Of a DNA stretch of 64,000 nt, positions 13,285 to 25,747 are shown piece after piece (the stretch's first letter is position 1; each line of letters opens with the position of its first letter). The notes under the pieces are model-generated. The model saw only the letters and a program-made list of their open reading frames with translations, did no database searches and was not told the DNA's origin. Both the position numbers and the translations under genes were made by a program. Location: the NCBI GenBank assembly GCA_964188305.1, contig OZ076896.1; one strand, 5' to 3'. This stretch comes from Podarcis bocagei. Lineage: Eukaryota.

Positions 13285-13786
13285 CTGGAAATAAAATGGA
13301 TAGATATTGATTAGGTAAAAGTAGTTTTCCAGAGTCTCTAAAGTACCAACAAGAGTCTAGAAAAAGCACAATCCACTAGACACACATCACTAGCAGTTCA
13401 ACTTGAATGGAAGGGAAATCAGCACCAATATAGCCTCAGTCAAGCAACCCCCACCCTGCTGAAGCAGCAACCACCCACTGCTCACAGGAGATCCAAACAC
13501 TGCTTTTGAGAAGTCCTTTAATCCCTGCTCAGTCCCGCTGTCCCGGCTGCACAATCCTGTTACTTGCTGGAAACATGGCATGCTGCTAAGGGCAGGATGT
13601 CAGCTGATGGGCATGAGGACAGGGTTTAATCCTGCCTTAGCAGCATGCCATGACTTCAGTGGATGGACAGGTGGGCCTGGTTTGAGGGAAATGACCTCAC
13701 AGGCAAAATTGGAACCCCTGCCAACCAAGATGGGCGCACAGGTCAGAGGCTGCTCACCCCTGTAGTAAGTGATTTGTTTACTGTAC

Positions 13787-13921
13787 CTTAATGCCTTCTT
13801 CATCGTTGACTCTGCGAATCATCTTCACACACATTTCTGTAATTTTGGGAAATGTTGGTTGTTCAATGCAGATATCCCTAAGAATCTTTATGACTCTTTT
13901 TCTGACACTAATACCAGTATC
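13787..13921 (-). CDS. NIPBL: NIPBL exon 30
   Basis: DTGISVRKRVIKILRDICIEQPTFPKITEMCVKMIRRVNDEEGIK; 135 nt. Confidence 0.96.
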
Positions 13922-14263
13922 CTGAAGAAGCAAAAGAAAGAAAAATTTTAATACTGGGGGAAAAATCAGCATGTTACCCATCTTACAACACATAGGGCAG
14001 CTATAATAAGCTGATTAGCAACAGATAACTAATATAATGTCTATTAAAACAAGACCACACAGTACTATGATTAATAAGCTAAAACAGTGTAAAATCCTTA
14101 CAAATGGAGAAAAAAATCTTCTTAATGCTCACTATTGCAGTTTGAGATGCTTGTCAGAAACTATGTTTCAACAGAGGTGAACAGAGGACCATCATATTTA
14201 TTTCATCATAAAGAGCTATGTAAAAATTGTACATAAAACGTTATAATTTAAAAGCAGCCATAC

Positions 14264-14410
14264 CAGTATTCGCTCAATCAGCATGTCATAATACTGTTCA
14301 GCAAGCTGTGGTCGACAAAGCACAAACCGACCAAGTAATTCCACGGCTGCTTCTCGTACACTAGTGGAATTGTCCATCAACCGTCCATGGACACCACGTT
14401 GCATGTCAAG
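14264..14410 (-). CDS. NIPBL: NIPBL exon 29
   Basis: LDMQRGVHGRLMDNSTSVREAAVELLGRF...IERIL; 147 nt. Confidence 0.96.
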
Positions 14411-14511
14411 CTATAAGCAACAAGCAAGAAAGAAACACAAAGTGAGGGAAACCATAAAAGCTGCTTGTGAGAAAAATGTGTGTATGGTTACAGAGTGTTT
14501 TCTTTGTTTAC

Positions 14512-14610
14512 CCTGGCTAGAATGCTGGGATCTACAGCAACAACCTCAGACAAACACTTCATGGCTTTTGTTCGAACAGCAATTGCATTTTCACCAAGCA
14601 CACGCAGAAT
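14512..14610 (-). CDS. NIPBL: NIPBL exon 28
   Basis: ILRVLGENAIAVRTKAMKCLSEVVAVDPSILAR; 99 nt. Confidence 0.95.
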
Positions 14611-16169
14611 CTAATAAGAAAACAAAAAAATGGCATTTTATTTGCTTTTGAAAAGTAGCATGCAATGTTTAACGAACAAAAATGAAGTGAGGAAACATGC
14701 TAGAATTGAAGTAAAATGAAAAACCAGCTACCAGAAATCTAACATAACCTCACCAAAGGGGCACTCAGTCAAACATATTAATTGCACCACCCCATTTCAC
14801 TCCATGTGAAAGGTCCACATGTTTTGCCACAATTCAGTAGCCAAGCCATTATTTAAAATATTCCCCTCCTTCAAATCCTTTAACATGTGCACACTTGCAT
14901 ATGTGGAGGACTGGGGGCAAGAGGTGCCTTACGTCTTGCTGACATTTGAAACTGGCAGAAGCAGAAAGTGTTTGCCTGCTCCAAAGCCCAGCTTATTCCA
15001 AAAGGAGACTGGGTAGGGGCACCCTGTGTCCCACTTGATTCACTTATGGGGTGGGCAGGTGCATCCATTACCTGTGACACTTCTCAAGAATGATGTGAAT
15101 TGAAGACCACTCCAGAGAATATTACGGCTGGCTGAACTGTAAGAGGGTAGGATTTTCATTGGCCATCACAGAGAAAGCACTTCCTCCTCACCAAAGATGC
15201 ATGATTTTGGGGGCAGGAAAATAGACTATCCTGTCTATACCACTGTTGGCCAGATGCAGCAGTGCATTGGAACTCACTACAGTGAGCCTTGGCTGCTTGT
15301 ATCAAATATGGTCAGGGAGAAGGTAAAGAGAACATCTAGGCCACAGCACTGAGCCTAGGTGAGGGACATTTGCTCCGGTAAGTGGATTTGTGGAGGGCCT
15401 GCCCCTTGAAATGAATGGAGGCTGTGCAATAGCAATGTTAGGTGGATTGTGCCCAGAGTGATATAAAATATGACTGCTTGCTTGTTGATATTGCCTTCTT
15501 TAAAGAGGCATCTAAGTATGTGTTTTCTTTTGATTTTTTGTGATAATTTTGGATCAAGTCCTCCATAGTAGCTATTCATTATTCTTTCTGCATTTTTAAT
15601 CCACTCTGGTCAAGAACCACAATGAAGGCCAAAAAATTAAACAAAGTAGGAGTACACTTGTACTTCTGGAGACCTAACGTGGTGACCCATTCAAACATGC
15701 TTGCATTCCTATTAAGTATTAATATAATCAAGCTATTGAATTACGACATTCATCATGGCAGTACCATGCACTGCAAGCAAACTACTAAAACTATTTTCTA
15801 ATTTGAGTTATTAGGCTGCTCTACTATGATGTGTGAATATACACTTTATGAGGTAATATCCTTAAAATTCAAGAATGCAAATAAAGAAGTATATGTAGGC
15901 AAAGGACCATTATCCTTTTAAGACACCTTTTTAACTTAAGGTTCTTGTTACAAAAATGCACAGATGAAATAAGAGTTCAAGGAGGTGTGAAATGCATGCA
16001 GGATAAAGAAAAATGTTGTGGAATTGATACATAATTATGGAAGCATGTGGTGTTACCACGACCTATTAAATACCTGCGCTTAACAATGAACAGATATTGC
16101 ACACTACCGCATAAGCGTTTGGAACCAGGAAGCCAACTGTATTTCACTAAGACTTCTGGCACAGTTTAC

Positions 16170-16272
16170 CTGTGTCAAATAAATATCGAAGCTCTGGGCA
16201 AACGGCCTCATAGAGGCCAAGTAGCGAACAATCAAGCAAGCATCTTCATAGTCCACAGTATCAGAATTCATC
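16170..16272 (-). CDS. NIPBL: NIPBL exon 27
   Basis: MNSDTVDYEDACLIVRYLASMRPFAQSFDIYLTQ; 103 nt. Confidence 0.95.
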
Positions 16273-16389
16273 CTGTAAATGAAGGGGTAGAATATTGCTT
16301 TAGCATTTGCTTATCAACAGAAGAATATGGCAATACATGAACACCAAATGTTGTTTAGTAAATAAAAATGAACTATCTGTGGAACTCAC

Positions 16390-16604
16390 CTTAATGTACT
16401 GAACTGAGAAGGTGCCGTTTTAATGATGTTGCGAAGAAATTTTTTGCGACTTTCTGCTCTGTGCATGATTTGTCCCGTTGTCTCGATTTCTTTTGCATGG
16501 TGTGTTCCTTCAGATGAATCATCATCCTTCTGAGTTTTCATTGCTTTCTCAGTCTCCATAGTAGTGTCCCGAAACCACTGTGCTATATAAAATTTCCGAG
16601 AAAA
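16390..16604 (-). CDS. NIPBL: NIPBL exon 26
   Basis: FSRKFYIAQWFRDTTMETEKAMK...PSQFSTL; 215 nt. Confidence 0.96.
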
Positions 16605-18076
16605 CTGGTGCGGCAGGAGAGAGTGTGGGAAAATAAGTCCCAAAAAGGACAATGTCAGAAAGTGTTTCATTGCTTCTACTGTTTGTTGGATATGCTTATT
16701 TAGTATATTTTTAATTGATGAAAGCTGTCTTGAGCATTTTTACAGCAACAGAAAGGAGGGATATAGATTTTCTTAAATAAATAAGACACTAGTATTTTAG
16801 AATATATTGATATAAGTTCTTGTTACTGGAAATGAAGCAGGGCATTTCCATATTCCAAGCCAACTACATTTTGAATTACATATAGCTGAATTTATCAACT
16901 GTATTTTGAGTTGCATATAGTTGAATTTACTCCAAAGTCATTTTCATGTACAAGAGTTACTTCAGTTTGCAAATACACTTTAACTCCTGGATTATTTACA
17001 CTACAAAACATGATAAAACAATTATAAACTGATTTTTAGAGTCTATGATAAATGAACGTGTTCCTCTACTGCTTATTAAATGTGACCATCATAAAAGTGT
17101 TAGGGCCTACTCTTCACCTACCCAGAGTGCCTCTGTCCATGATAATACAGAACTCCTTACATGATAGGAAGCAGAGTCAATGACAAATTGAACCTGGGGT
17201 CTTCTGAATGTAAAGCATGTGCTATGTGATGTGGCCCTTCTCCTTTATGGGGAATATACCACAGTTGTCATTGACTCTGCTTCCTATCAAGTAAGCAGTC
17301 CTGTATTATCATGGACAGAGGCATTCAAATGTGGTTCTGTCATCTCTTTCTTAGGTTATATTACAACCCCACAAACTTTAAAAAGAAAAAAAGTATTGCC
17401 AAATTGGAAAAACAAGCATTTTTATACTGAACAGTGGTTTAGTGGTAAATTTTTAGTGAAGGAGCTAGTTAGGACAGCTCCCAAACTTCCTAACACTGGG
17501 TGTGTATGAAGCAGAAAACAGTTTATAGTAAAAAGAGGCAATTTGCATGTAATACTAAAACACTGCCATGTAAAGATCAGCAGGGAAAAACACTAGAGTA
17601 ATACAATTTGCCAGTTTTTTGCCTCATATCAGAAAGCTACAAGTACATGAACTTTATAACTGTTGGTATCAATCTCTACATAACCTTTTAGATGTCCATA
17701 AATACCACCTTTCTATATGTTTAACTTGTGATGCCTGTGTATCTAACTTAGTTGCAGTTTAAAAGTTTAAAAGGCCTTTGTGCCACCTCCTCAATTGGTG
17801 TGCTAAGGAAGAAAGGCTTATGGTCTCCCAAGACAGAAGCACTCAGCTTAAAAGGGAACAAGCCAGCATATTTGCAAGGTTAGCAGAAGACCTTCCTTTC
17901 CAATGCAGAACCATAGGGTGTGTGTTGGTGTGCATGTATGTGCATTTGATTTCTTTCTGCAAACTCTGGCCATGCCCAACATGGGCATACCACCCTCAAG
18001 GGGTTGGCCTACAGTTGATGTGGCCTTCAAGACTGAAAGGGCTAAGCAGACTTTCACTTAAACAACTACAACATAC

Positions 18077-18166
18077 CACTAGTGATGCATCAGTTTCTGT
18101 ATTTTCTTCCAAATAATCTAACAGTGCCTTTTGCAGTTGCTGGATTTCATCATCCCCTCCTGAGAC
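18077..18166 (-). CDS. NIPBL: NIPBL exon 25
   Basis: VSGGDDEIQQLQKALLDYLEENTETDASLV; 90 nt. Confidence 0.95.
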
Positions 18167-18734
18167 CTGTAACACACAATATATTTTAAATAAAATTCAC
18201 ACCCTTCCCAATATCAGAGCACACTAACTTGGATTGATTTGATCTAAACACACTTTAAAGTAAACAAATTACAAAACACACCGGGAGCATCAATATGTCA
18301 CACACAACACGTTAACACACAACAAAAATAAAAGGTATCAAACAAAGTCGTCATACACACAATCAATTAGTAGCAAGTGTTTGAAACACCATCTCCCAGC
18401 AAACCTGTTGGGCTGCTCCTTCTGCAGCAAATTTTTATTTTGACATAAAATTAAATGTTGTCTCTTCCCCCTCACCCTCCACTTCCCACATCACCCCAGC
18501 TAACAGCTGGATGCTCCCAGAGGCAACTGCCACAAACTTATATTTTAAGGGTAAACTAATCAAAATGAGAGGTCAAAGGCACTCTTGATTTTTGAGAGTA
18601 ACACAAAGAAGCAGTCTCACAATGCTATTTTTCTCATTATTGTTTTGTATGGGATGTTACTCCAAATATTTTATGGACACTAATCTCTACACTGAAACCT
18701 GTCTTAAAATAATCAAAAATAGCTTCACTCAAAC

Positions 18735-18878
18735 CTGTTTTAAAATTCGGGCTATAGATCCTTGATCCATTTTGCTAGTGACTGCATCCTTCCGCAGCCG
18801 TGCTGCTACGGTACCAAGATAGTCGAGTGATGCCACCCTCAAAGCCATCTCTGTAGATTTATTACTAAATTGATGGAC
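18735..18878 (-). CDS. NIPBL: NIPBL exon 24
   Basis: VHQFSNKSTEMALRVASLDYLGTVAARLRKDAVTSKMDQGSIARILKQ; 144 nt. Confidence 0.96.
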
Positions 18879-19433
18879 CTAAGAAAATGAAAGAAAAAAA
18901 TATATAAACTTCATTTTTATTCCCCTCACATTTCAAGACAATATTGCTTGATCCTCTCCTACAATAATGGGAAGAGTTCAGTAACATTATTTAGCATTTC
19001 ACATGCCACTTCAGATCAAAAGCCATTCTCTCTCCATTTGTAAGAAAATTTCTTCTGCTTCTCATTTAGCATATATTTACAGTTGACCAACATTAACTCA
19101 TAGATACTTCAAACATAGCTTGAGTCCATTTCTGTAACCATGCTTAACACTGGTGAGACTTAACATGGAACAGTGATAATAGAGCAGGTGGGAGAAGAAT
19201 TCAAAGTCTAAAAGAAGAAATGGTAGGAAAAGGAGTGAAACTGCCTGTTCTTCATCCCTCATCCTATTTAAGGATCACTCTTACATTAAGTCTTCACCGG
19301 CTCAAAGCACATTGCACTACATGCAACATGCAGATTCAGTACAATAAGACTATTTTCACAACTTACATCAAAATAAGCAAGCCATTATTAAAAGTGAAGC
19401 AGAATTATTGCTTCAAAAATCCAAGCATCTTAC

Positions 19434-19566
19434 CAACAGTCTTCCCAATAGACTAAGTAGTAACTCCGCAGCTGGCCATTCTGGTTTGTTGACCGTGGAA
19501 AGGAGATCCTGAACAAAGTTCTCAAAGAGTGGCCTATAATCTTCTTCCCCTTGCTTGCTACCACAT
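19434..19566 (-). CDS. NIPBL: NIPBL exon 23
   Basis: CGSKQGEEDYRPLFENFVQDLLSTVNKPEWPAAELLLSLLGRLL; 133 nt. Confidence 0.96.
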
Positions 19567-20566
19567 CTGTTTGAAGAAAGCAATGAAAAGGGGAAAATAA
19601 GACATAATGAATTCACCTTTCAATCAATCCTAGATTTTTCTTTTACATTTTAAGTGAGAATTTTATGGCACTATATATAGAATCATAAATGTGGAACAAT
19701 ATAACAGTAATAACCCTGATAATCACACCTGGGAGAAGAAGTATGCCTTAACATTCTTTTGATGCCAGGTTAATGAGCACTAAATATAAAAGCACTCATA
19801 CATTTTTGCCTCCCCGGAACAAGCCCCTCCCAGTTTCACCATGGACAAGCTCATAAATGTCAAGAGTTATCCGGAAGTGAGGGAGGGACAAAGAAAAGAG
19901 AAACTATGAGGGAAGGGTTGTTTATGATGCAGAAGTGTCTGCATGTAGTCCATGATAACATATTATTGCCACTGAATGCCAGCCATTGAATCAGAGTTTT
20001 GGGTTGATTCTGAATGCCTCTGGACATTTTGAGAAGGAAAGTCCCAATGTTCCTTTCTCTGTTTGTCCAGATATCCAGGATGTGATAACTGTCCAACAAA
20101 TCTGACATTGGAGCATTTGATGATAGGGATGCTGAGGGAACTGCAGCCCTGATGGAAAGTACGATGATGATGAATGAAACAGGGATGTGTTGTGCTTTGT
20201 ATGCTAAAGGAATGCAAAACTTAATCTACTAAGCAATGGTGGAAGTAGATACTTTTTTCACCAGGGAGGGTGGAAGGAAACAAAAAGGTTATAAAATTTT
20301 CTGAACAATGATGTGTGTTAGATGTCTATTTTGAGAGCTCTGCACACAACCAATTTATGCCATAGGTCTTTGGTAGAGTGGGATAATTCCTGATATTCTC
20401 CAGGGAGAAAGAAAGAATTATAGAATTGTAGGAGCTTAATAAGGGAGGTAAGGGTAATATTTAGCATGATCCCTGCCTCTTGAGCAAGTGGAAGGAGACA
20501 AAGCCCTGCATGGACAGCAACACAGAAATAAAACTTATAACAGATGAACAGTTGAATTCTACTCAC

Positions 20567-20649
20567 TTCTTGAGAAAAATGGAAAGGAAGTTTTGTGCTG
20601 TTCTCATGGCTGTTTCATATGAGTTTGTAATGAGGACATCCTGGTCCAC
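20567..20649 (-). CDS. NIPBL: NIPBL exon 22
   Basis: VDQDVLITNSYETAMRTAQNFLSIFLK; 83 nt. Confidence 0.95.
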
Positions 20650-20788
20650 CTGAAAATGAACACAGCGCCTGCTTACTGAATGTGTGTTGTGATTTATGCA
20701 ACAGCAAGTATAATGCATATGTTTCTCAACTATGGACAAGGAGATGCAACCTTGCAATCATTTTTGAGTCTAATGAACATGAACAATA

Positions 20789-21297
20789 CCGTATTTACTT
20801 GAACCTAACGCTCACCTTTTTTGGACAAATTACACTAAAATTAAGGTGCACATTAGATTTGATGGCACATTTACCATATTGGCCTGAATATAAGCCACAC
20901 CCGAATATAAGCTGCACCTTTAGAATTGAAAAAGTAAGTAAATACCCAAATATAAGCTGCTCCCTTTCTCCCTGCTCCTGGCTGAATACTGAGCAGGGGC
21001 AGAGCTGCATTGCCAGCGGCCTTTCCCCTTCCTTGCTCTCTCCCTTCCCGGCCTTGGGGGAGAGGACGGGGGACTACGCCAAGGCGGGCGCTGTTTGCCC
21101 TGCGCTCCTGGCTGCATACCGTAAGGTTGTGAATATAAGCTGCACTTAACTTTTCATGGTCGGAATTTGGGGGGAAAGTGAGGTTTAAATTCAGGCTAAT
21201 ACAGTACATTCACCAGCAAATACTTTTTTTGGTTTCAATGTTCTGGAAATTGAGGTGCTCATTAGATTCAATGGTGCATTAGATTCGGTAAATACGC
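20789..21297. mobile_element. pogo/Tigger-like MITE (outer) containing a nested MITE
   Basis: TA-CCGTATTTAC...GTAAATACGC-TA. Confidence 0.65.
20874..21204. mobile_element. pogo/Tigger-like MITE (inner)
   Basis: TA-CCATATTGGCCTGAAT...ATTCAGGCTAATACAG-TA; subterminal AATATAAGC repeats. Confidence 0.7.
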
Positions 21298-21666
21298 TAC
21301 TTCATTATATTAAAAACAAAATATAATTCACTCAGCCAATGAACAGGGTCATCAAATAACTCAACCTCAGTTAATACAGTTAGTTGAACATTCATTTCTC
21401 ACAGTTCTTTCGGTCTATCTGCTCTGTTGCCCAGGTTCACTTTTCTTCCTCTCTGATATATTGTGTTTACTTGCTTCCTCTCTCTTCAGTGCCTTTTCAA
21501 CTTCTTCAAGTGTCACAAACTAACATTTCCCCCTTTGCTCTTTCCCCACATTCCATGCTCAACCCATCACTGGCGCAGCATTCCATGAATTCATAATGAT
21601 AACGGTAAGAACTATATGAACATATGCTAAATACATATATCTTCATAAATCTAAAGCATTTTTCAC

Positions 21667-21805
21667 CTTCTTATTTGACTCCTCTTCAGAATTAGAATCC
21701 TTCTCGCCTGATGGTAGATGCACAACACACTGAATTAGTTGTAGCACCAGTGCAGTCACCATTTGAATATACATAGGTTCACCATCAGTGTCACTGCTGT
21801 TCAGT
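21667..21805 (-). CDS. NIPBL: NIPBL exon 21
   Basis: LNSSDTDGEPMYIQMVTALVLQLIQCVVHLP...NKK; 139 nt. Confidence 0.95.
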
Positions 21806-23051
21806 CTGTTGAAAAACACAAACCTATTTTACTAATGTTAAAAATGAACCCAATGGAAAACATTAAAACCCTTGGCATTTTTTTTCAATTGGCTTCAATT
21901 ATTACAGTGATCTCAAATCTTATTCCCACAATAGAGATGTGGCTTTGCATTCAAACTAAGCAATAAGCTTCCCCCAAAGAGCAGTACATTTCTGGAACAA
22001 AAGTTGATCCAACAGAAGTGTATCACTTTACTTTGAAGCTACATGATTTAAGCCAGGGATGGGAACTTTTTTCCTCTACACCCCAGCTTGAATACAAGCA
22101 AGGTTGTAGAGGAAGACCCCTGACAAAAACAGGACTTGGAGTTGATGCTGAATTGAAGTCCCACTTTCAGCATGCATCAACTGCATGTGAAAGCTTTGGA
22201 TCAGGAACCCCAGTGGAGACTGCAGTCACCACCCATGAGTTATGACAGCAACCCACACCTTCAGAAGGGATCAGCAGCTCCCAAGTGCTATGGAACAATT
22301 GGGAGTGCACTTCAAGGCTTTTGGTTGTTCCTCTGCAGTAATGTCTTTACCTGTCCTAAACCTAATACTGGGTGTAGATACAGATTGACAGGAGGTGTAT
22401 GGCATGGGGAAAACAGCCTTGTAGGCCAAACTAGACCTGCTGGGTCTAATTTGGTCTGCAGGCGAAACTTTCCTCGTGCCTCATTTAAGCATTCCTGCCT
22501 CACACTCATACATCTCCTTCCTGCAATGTTATCCCACCCTTCCTTTATAGCATTCAAAGAGGCATGCTTTGCATGGCTTGATCCTATGCTATACCCCACC
22601 CCTCTTTTATCATCTCATCAAATCTGTGATGTAGGATGGGCTGTAATAGTAGCTGGAGCAGGTCACCCAGGGAGTTTCATGGTGGAGTGGGGATTGGAAT
22701 AGATGCTTGCCTAGTCTTAGTGCACTAAATCTCACTGGCATTTCGTTAACCAATATTCAGTTAAGCCATATTAAAAAAATAATGAAAAAGTTCAAGCAAA
22801 AAGTAGGGGATGGTAGGAGTTTTCCCTCACCTGACATTTGATGTGTTTTCTACTCTCCCAACAGCCGCAAGCCTTGTATGCAAAATCTGAAATTGCACCT
22901 TAGATTCAAATCCCAACCCTGCAGTTATGCAGACATAGTTTGGCTTAGCATGCCCCTTGAAGCAGGCAGTTAACAATAAAATGTCTTTAAAAACCCAGAC
23001 TTCTTCAAAAGATGGGAGGAGAGGGAGAGAGAAATTAGCACTGTATATTAC

Positions 23052-23152
23052 CTGAAGTTCCTCAGACTTCTTTTGCTGGTTGGTAACCTTGCAAGTGAAG
23101 TGAAAATTTCTTCTAATATCAACTGCCTATGCTTTTCATATCTTGAGAAGAC
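23052..23152 (-). CDS. NIPBL: NIPBL exon 20
   Basis: VFSRYEKHRQLILEEIFTSLARLPTSKRSLRNF; 101 nt. Confidence 0.95.
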
Positions 23153-23489
23153 CTGAAAAAAGTTAATTATGGTTATTATATGTATGTCATTTCCTGTTTA
23201 TTTTGCTGTCCAAAATACAAACTATTTTACAAACACACATACACACTTATTAAAACATAAAGTTATTTTCCTACTACCAATCAATATCTATAGCCAAGAG
23301 GTATGAATCCAGAAAAGTGGTATTAATGTAAATGTATTAAATGGTTTAAAATTATTTTGGAGAAGGTACTACTAACATTAGTTTAAGAGAGTTGAAAATA
23401 CCAACTCAAATTGTTTTCTAAGTAAACTTTCAGACCTAGTGAGGCTCACCAAGTTGTTCACACACTGAGCCATTAGGCTGGACAAATTA

Positions 23490-23897
23490 CCGTACTTTTT
23501 CATGACTAAGATGAGGTTTTTTACTCTAAAATAATGTTTAAAATCTGGGGTCGCCTTATACATGCATAGTGCAGAGGGGAGACGGGCTATTGGTTGCAGC
23601 CACGAGAAGGAGCTTGTCAGCGGTGATTTGGTGGGTGATTGGTGGCTGCGGCAAGGGCTGCTGTAGATTGGCTGTCGCTGCGGCAATTGGGCGTGCGAAT
23701 GCCGGCTTCTGTTGGCGAGCGAGCAGACGCTTTGTGGCTTTGGTGACACTTGCCATTTGTAGTGTTTGTCAGTCGGGTTAGTGATTTTTGGCATCCCCCC
23801 CAAAAAAGCTCAACAATTCCCCATTTTCTTACATTGGAGTCCCCCAAAACAGGGGCCGTCTTATACATGGGGGTGTGTTATACATGGGAAAATATGG
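23490..23897. mobile_element. pogo/Tigger-like MITE
   Basis: TA-CCGTACTTTTTCATG...CATGGGAAAATATGG-TA; GC-rich core. Confidence 0.65.
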
Positions 23898-24445
23898 TAG
23901 CTGCTTTAAAGCAGCTATCCTAATCTACATTGCTTCAAAAGAAATTAAAAATCAGCCCAATCTGTATTTGCTATAGCAATGAGATTTCTCTCTCAGAGAT
24001 ATCTTCTTGTAGGTTTTCAGCTACTCTCAGCATGCCCCAAATCAAGTTAGTGTCCCATCACAGACACATCAGACATGGTCTCAGTAACATAATTCCTTAA
24101 CCCTTTCCTACTATCAAAGTACAGTAATAGAGCTGTTTGATCGGCAGTGTTCCTTGCTTCTAACAATTAAGGTAAATAATGGCGTGAAAGATCAGTGGTG
24201 GTGTTGTTGTTATACTTTTCTCACAAACCAGCTGCAATCTGGCTTATGAGGCAAAGCTTAGTGGGAAGTAGTTCAGTGGGGAAAAGAACCTGTTGCCAGG
24301 CAAAGTTAGAAGTAAGGGCATGACCAGGACCAGATTAAGTAATTCATGAAAGCCACCCCCCACAAAAGTTCCTTAAAAAACCAACAACAACACCAGAAGT
24401 CATTCATTTCGTTACAATTAAATATTGGTTAAAAGGTGTGCTTAC

Positions 24446-24526
24446 TGCAGTGACAAGTTTGATGGCGCATAACTGAAGTTCACTGACATTTTCTACAAAA
24501 AAAGGTGTTATCCCCATTGAAGAAAC
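24446..24526 (-). CDS. NIPBL: NIPBL exon 19
   Basis: VSSMGITPFFVENVSELQLCAIKLVTA; 81 nt. Confidence 0.95.
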
Positions 24527-24959
24527 CTATTAACAGAAAAGGAAATATATACATAAATTCTCATAATACTTGATAAATGAAAATAAAATCTTTTCAACAG
24601 AAAAAGACCTCTGATCATCATCTTTTGAATTGTGTTCTCCAATTCCCATACTAGTCGCAGTAGCATACAAGAGGGATGAAAAGCACCTCAGATTTAAGAC
24701 AGAAAAACACATTTGTTTTCCTTGGGTATTTTGTAGTTATTGTTCTTCAAAGATGCATATATTTTCCATATTATATATATTTATAACTGACTGCCCAAGT
24801 TGCCTTATAAAATAATTTTAAAAATCTAGTAGCTTAAATTTAAGAAGTTTCATTATTACTGCTTGTAAAAGAAAATAAACATCCACTGGAGAAGAACTTT
24901 AGACCTGTGTGTGTGTACAGAAGGGGAAGAGAAATCTGGATAAAATGGATCAAACTTAC

Positions 24960-25111
24960 CTGAAGAATAGTGGTGTCAGTAAGAAGCTGTATCTCCAACA
25001 GTTCAGCCAAACTGCTAACAATATCACAAATTTTGTTGTATAACATCACGATTACTCTTTGCTTATGGGTAGAACACTTGGCACGCTTTGCTTTTGAGCT
25101 TAATACACCAC
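24960..25111 (-). CDS. NIPBL: NIPBL exon 18
   Basis: GVLSSKAKRAKCSTHKQRVIVMLYNKICDIV...LLTDTTILQ; 152 nt. Confidence 0.96.
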
Positions 25112-25294
25112 CTAGTAAATTTTAAAACAAGATACATTTTTTAGAAATTCAGCACAACGCAACCATATTAGATATAAAGTTTCTCCTCAACAAGTTCATA
25201 TATTTCTCTTATCTCCCAAGATGAAATACAGTGGTACCTCGGGTTACAAACACCTCAGGTTACAAACTCTACTAACCCAGAAGTAGTACCTTGG

Positions 25295-25702
25295 TGTCAG
25301 GGAACTGCCATCAGAGCATCAGGTGGTGGAGGGACTCAGGCAGGATGAAAGAGACTCAACTGCTGAAGCAGGGACCAGCAGGGGGAGGAGTGGGTCTCTG
25401 AGGGAATGCGAGCAGGAGGGAGGGCTCAGGGAGGCTTCCAGCGAAAACAGTGGGGAGGTATCGGAGTCTCCCATAGGGAGACCCATACCTCGCAGGAAAC
25501 TGTCACGCCGTGAGTCCAGGAGACGCGTTTCCGTTAAGGAACTTCTTTGTTGGAAACGCTTCCGCAGACAGCCACTGTCGGACTCTACTAGTGACTAGAG
25601 CAGACATGTCTGAGGAGCTCCGTCACACACGGAGGTTTGTGGGGGCGCACAAACTCTGAGGGAGCACGTTTTCACGCACAAGCAGCTAATCAAACCCTCA
25701 CA
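25295..25702 (+). repeat. 5' LTR
   Basis: TGTCAGGG...CCCTCACA; direct repeat of 30357-30764. Confidence 0.97.
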
Positions 25703-25704
25703 GC

Positions 25705-25715
25705 AGTCCGACAGT
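25705..25715 (+). promoter_or_regulatory. Primer-binding site (self-priming type)
   Basis: AGTCCGACAGT, 2 nt after the 5' LTR; exact complement of ACTGTCGGACT at 25574-25584; no TGG start. Confidence 0.8.
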
Positions 25716-25747
25716 CTTTGTACGCTGCCTGTGCAAGAGAAGGCATC

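Noticed and set aside
25323-25598. 91-aa ORF in the 5' LTR
   Set aside because: It is only the LTR copy of the Pol C-terminus. It has a GTG start and lies mostly upstream of the predicted TSS, so it is not an independent gene.
25610-25660. CTGAGGA followed by a hairpin, resembling a hammerhead core (CUGANGA)
   Set aside because: There is no GAAA after stem II and no stem III/NUH arrangement.
25637-25747. N-terminal extension of Gag in the ORF track (TTG start)
   Set aside because: It overlaps U5 and the PBS. The first in-frame ATG at 25748 is the more plausible eukaryotic start.
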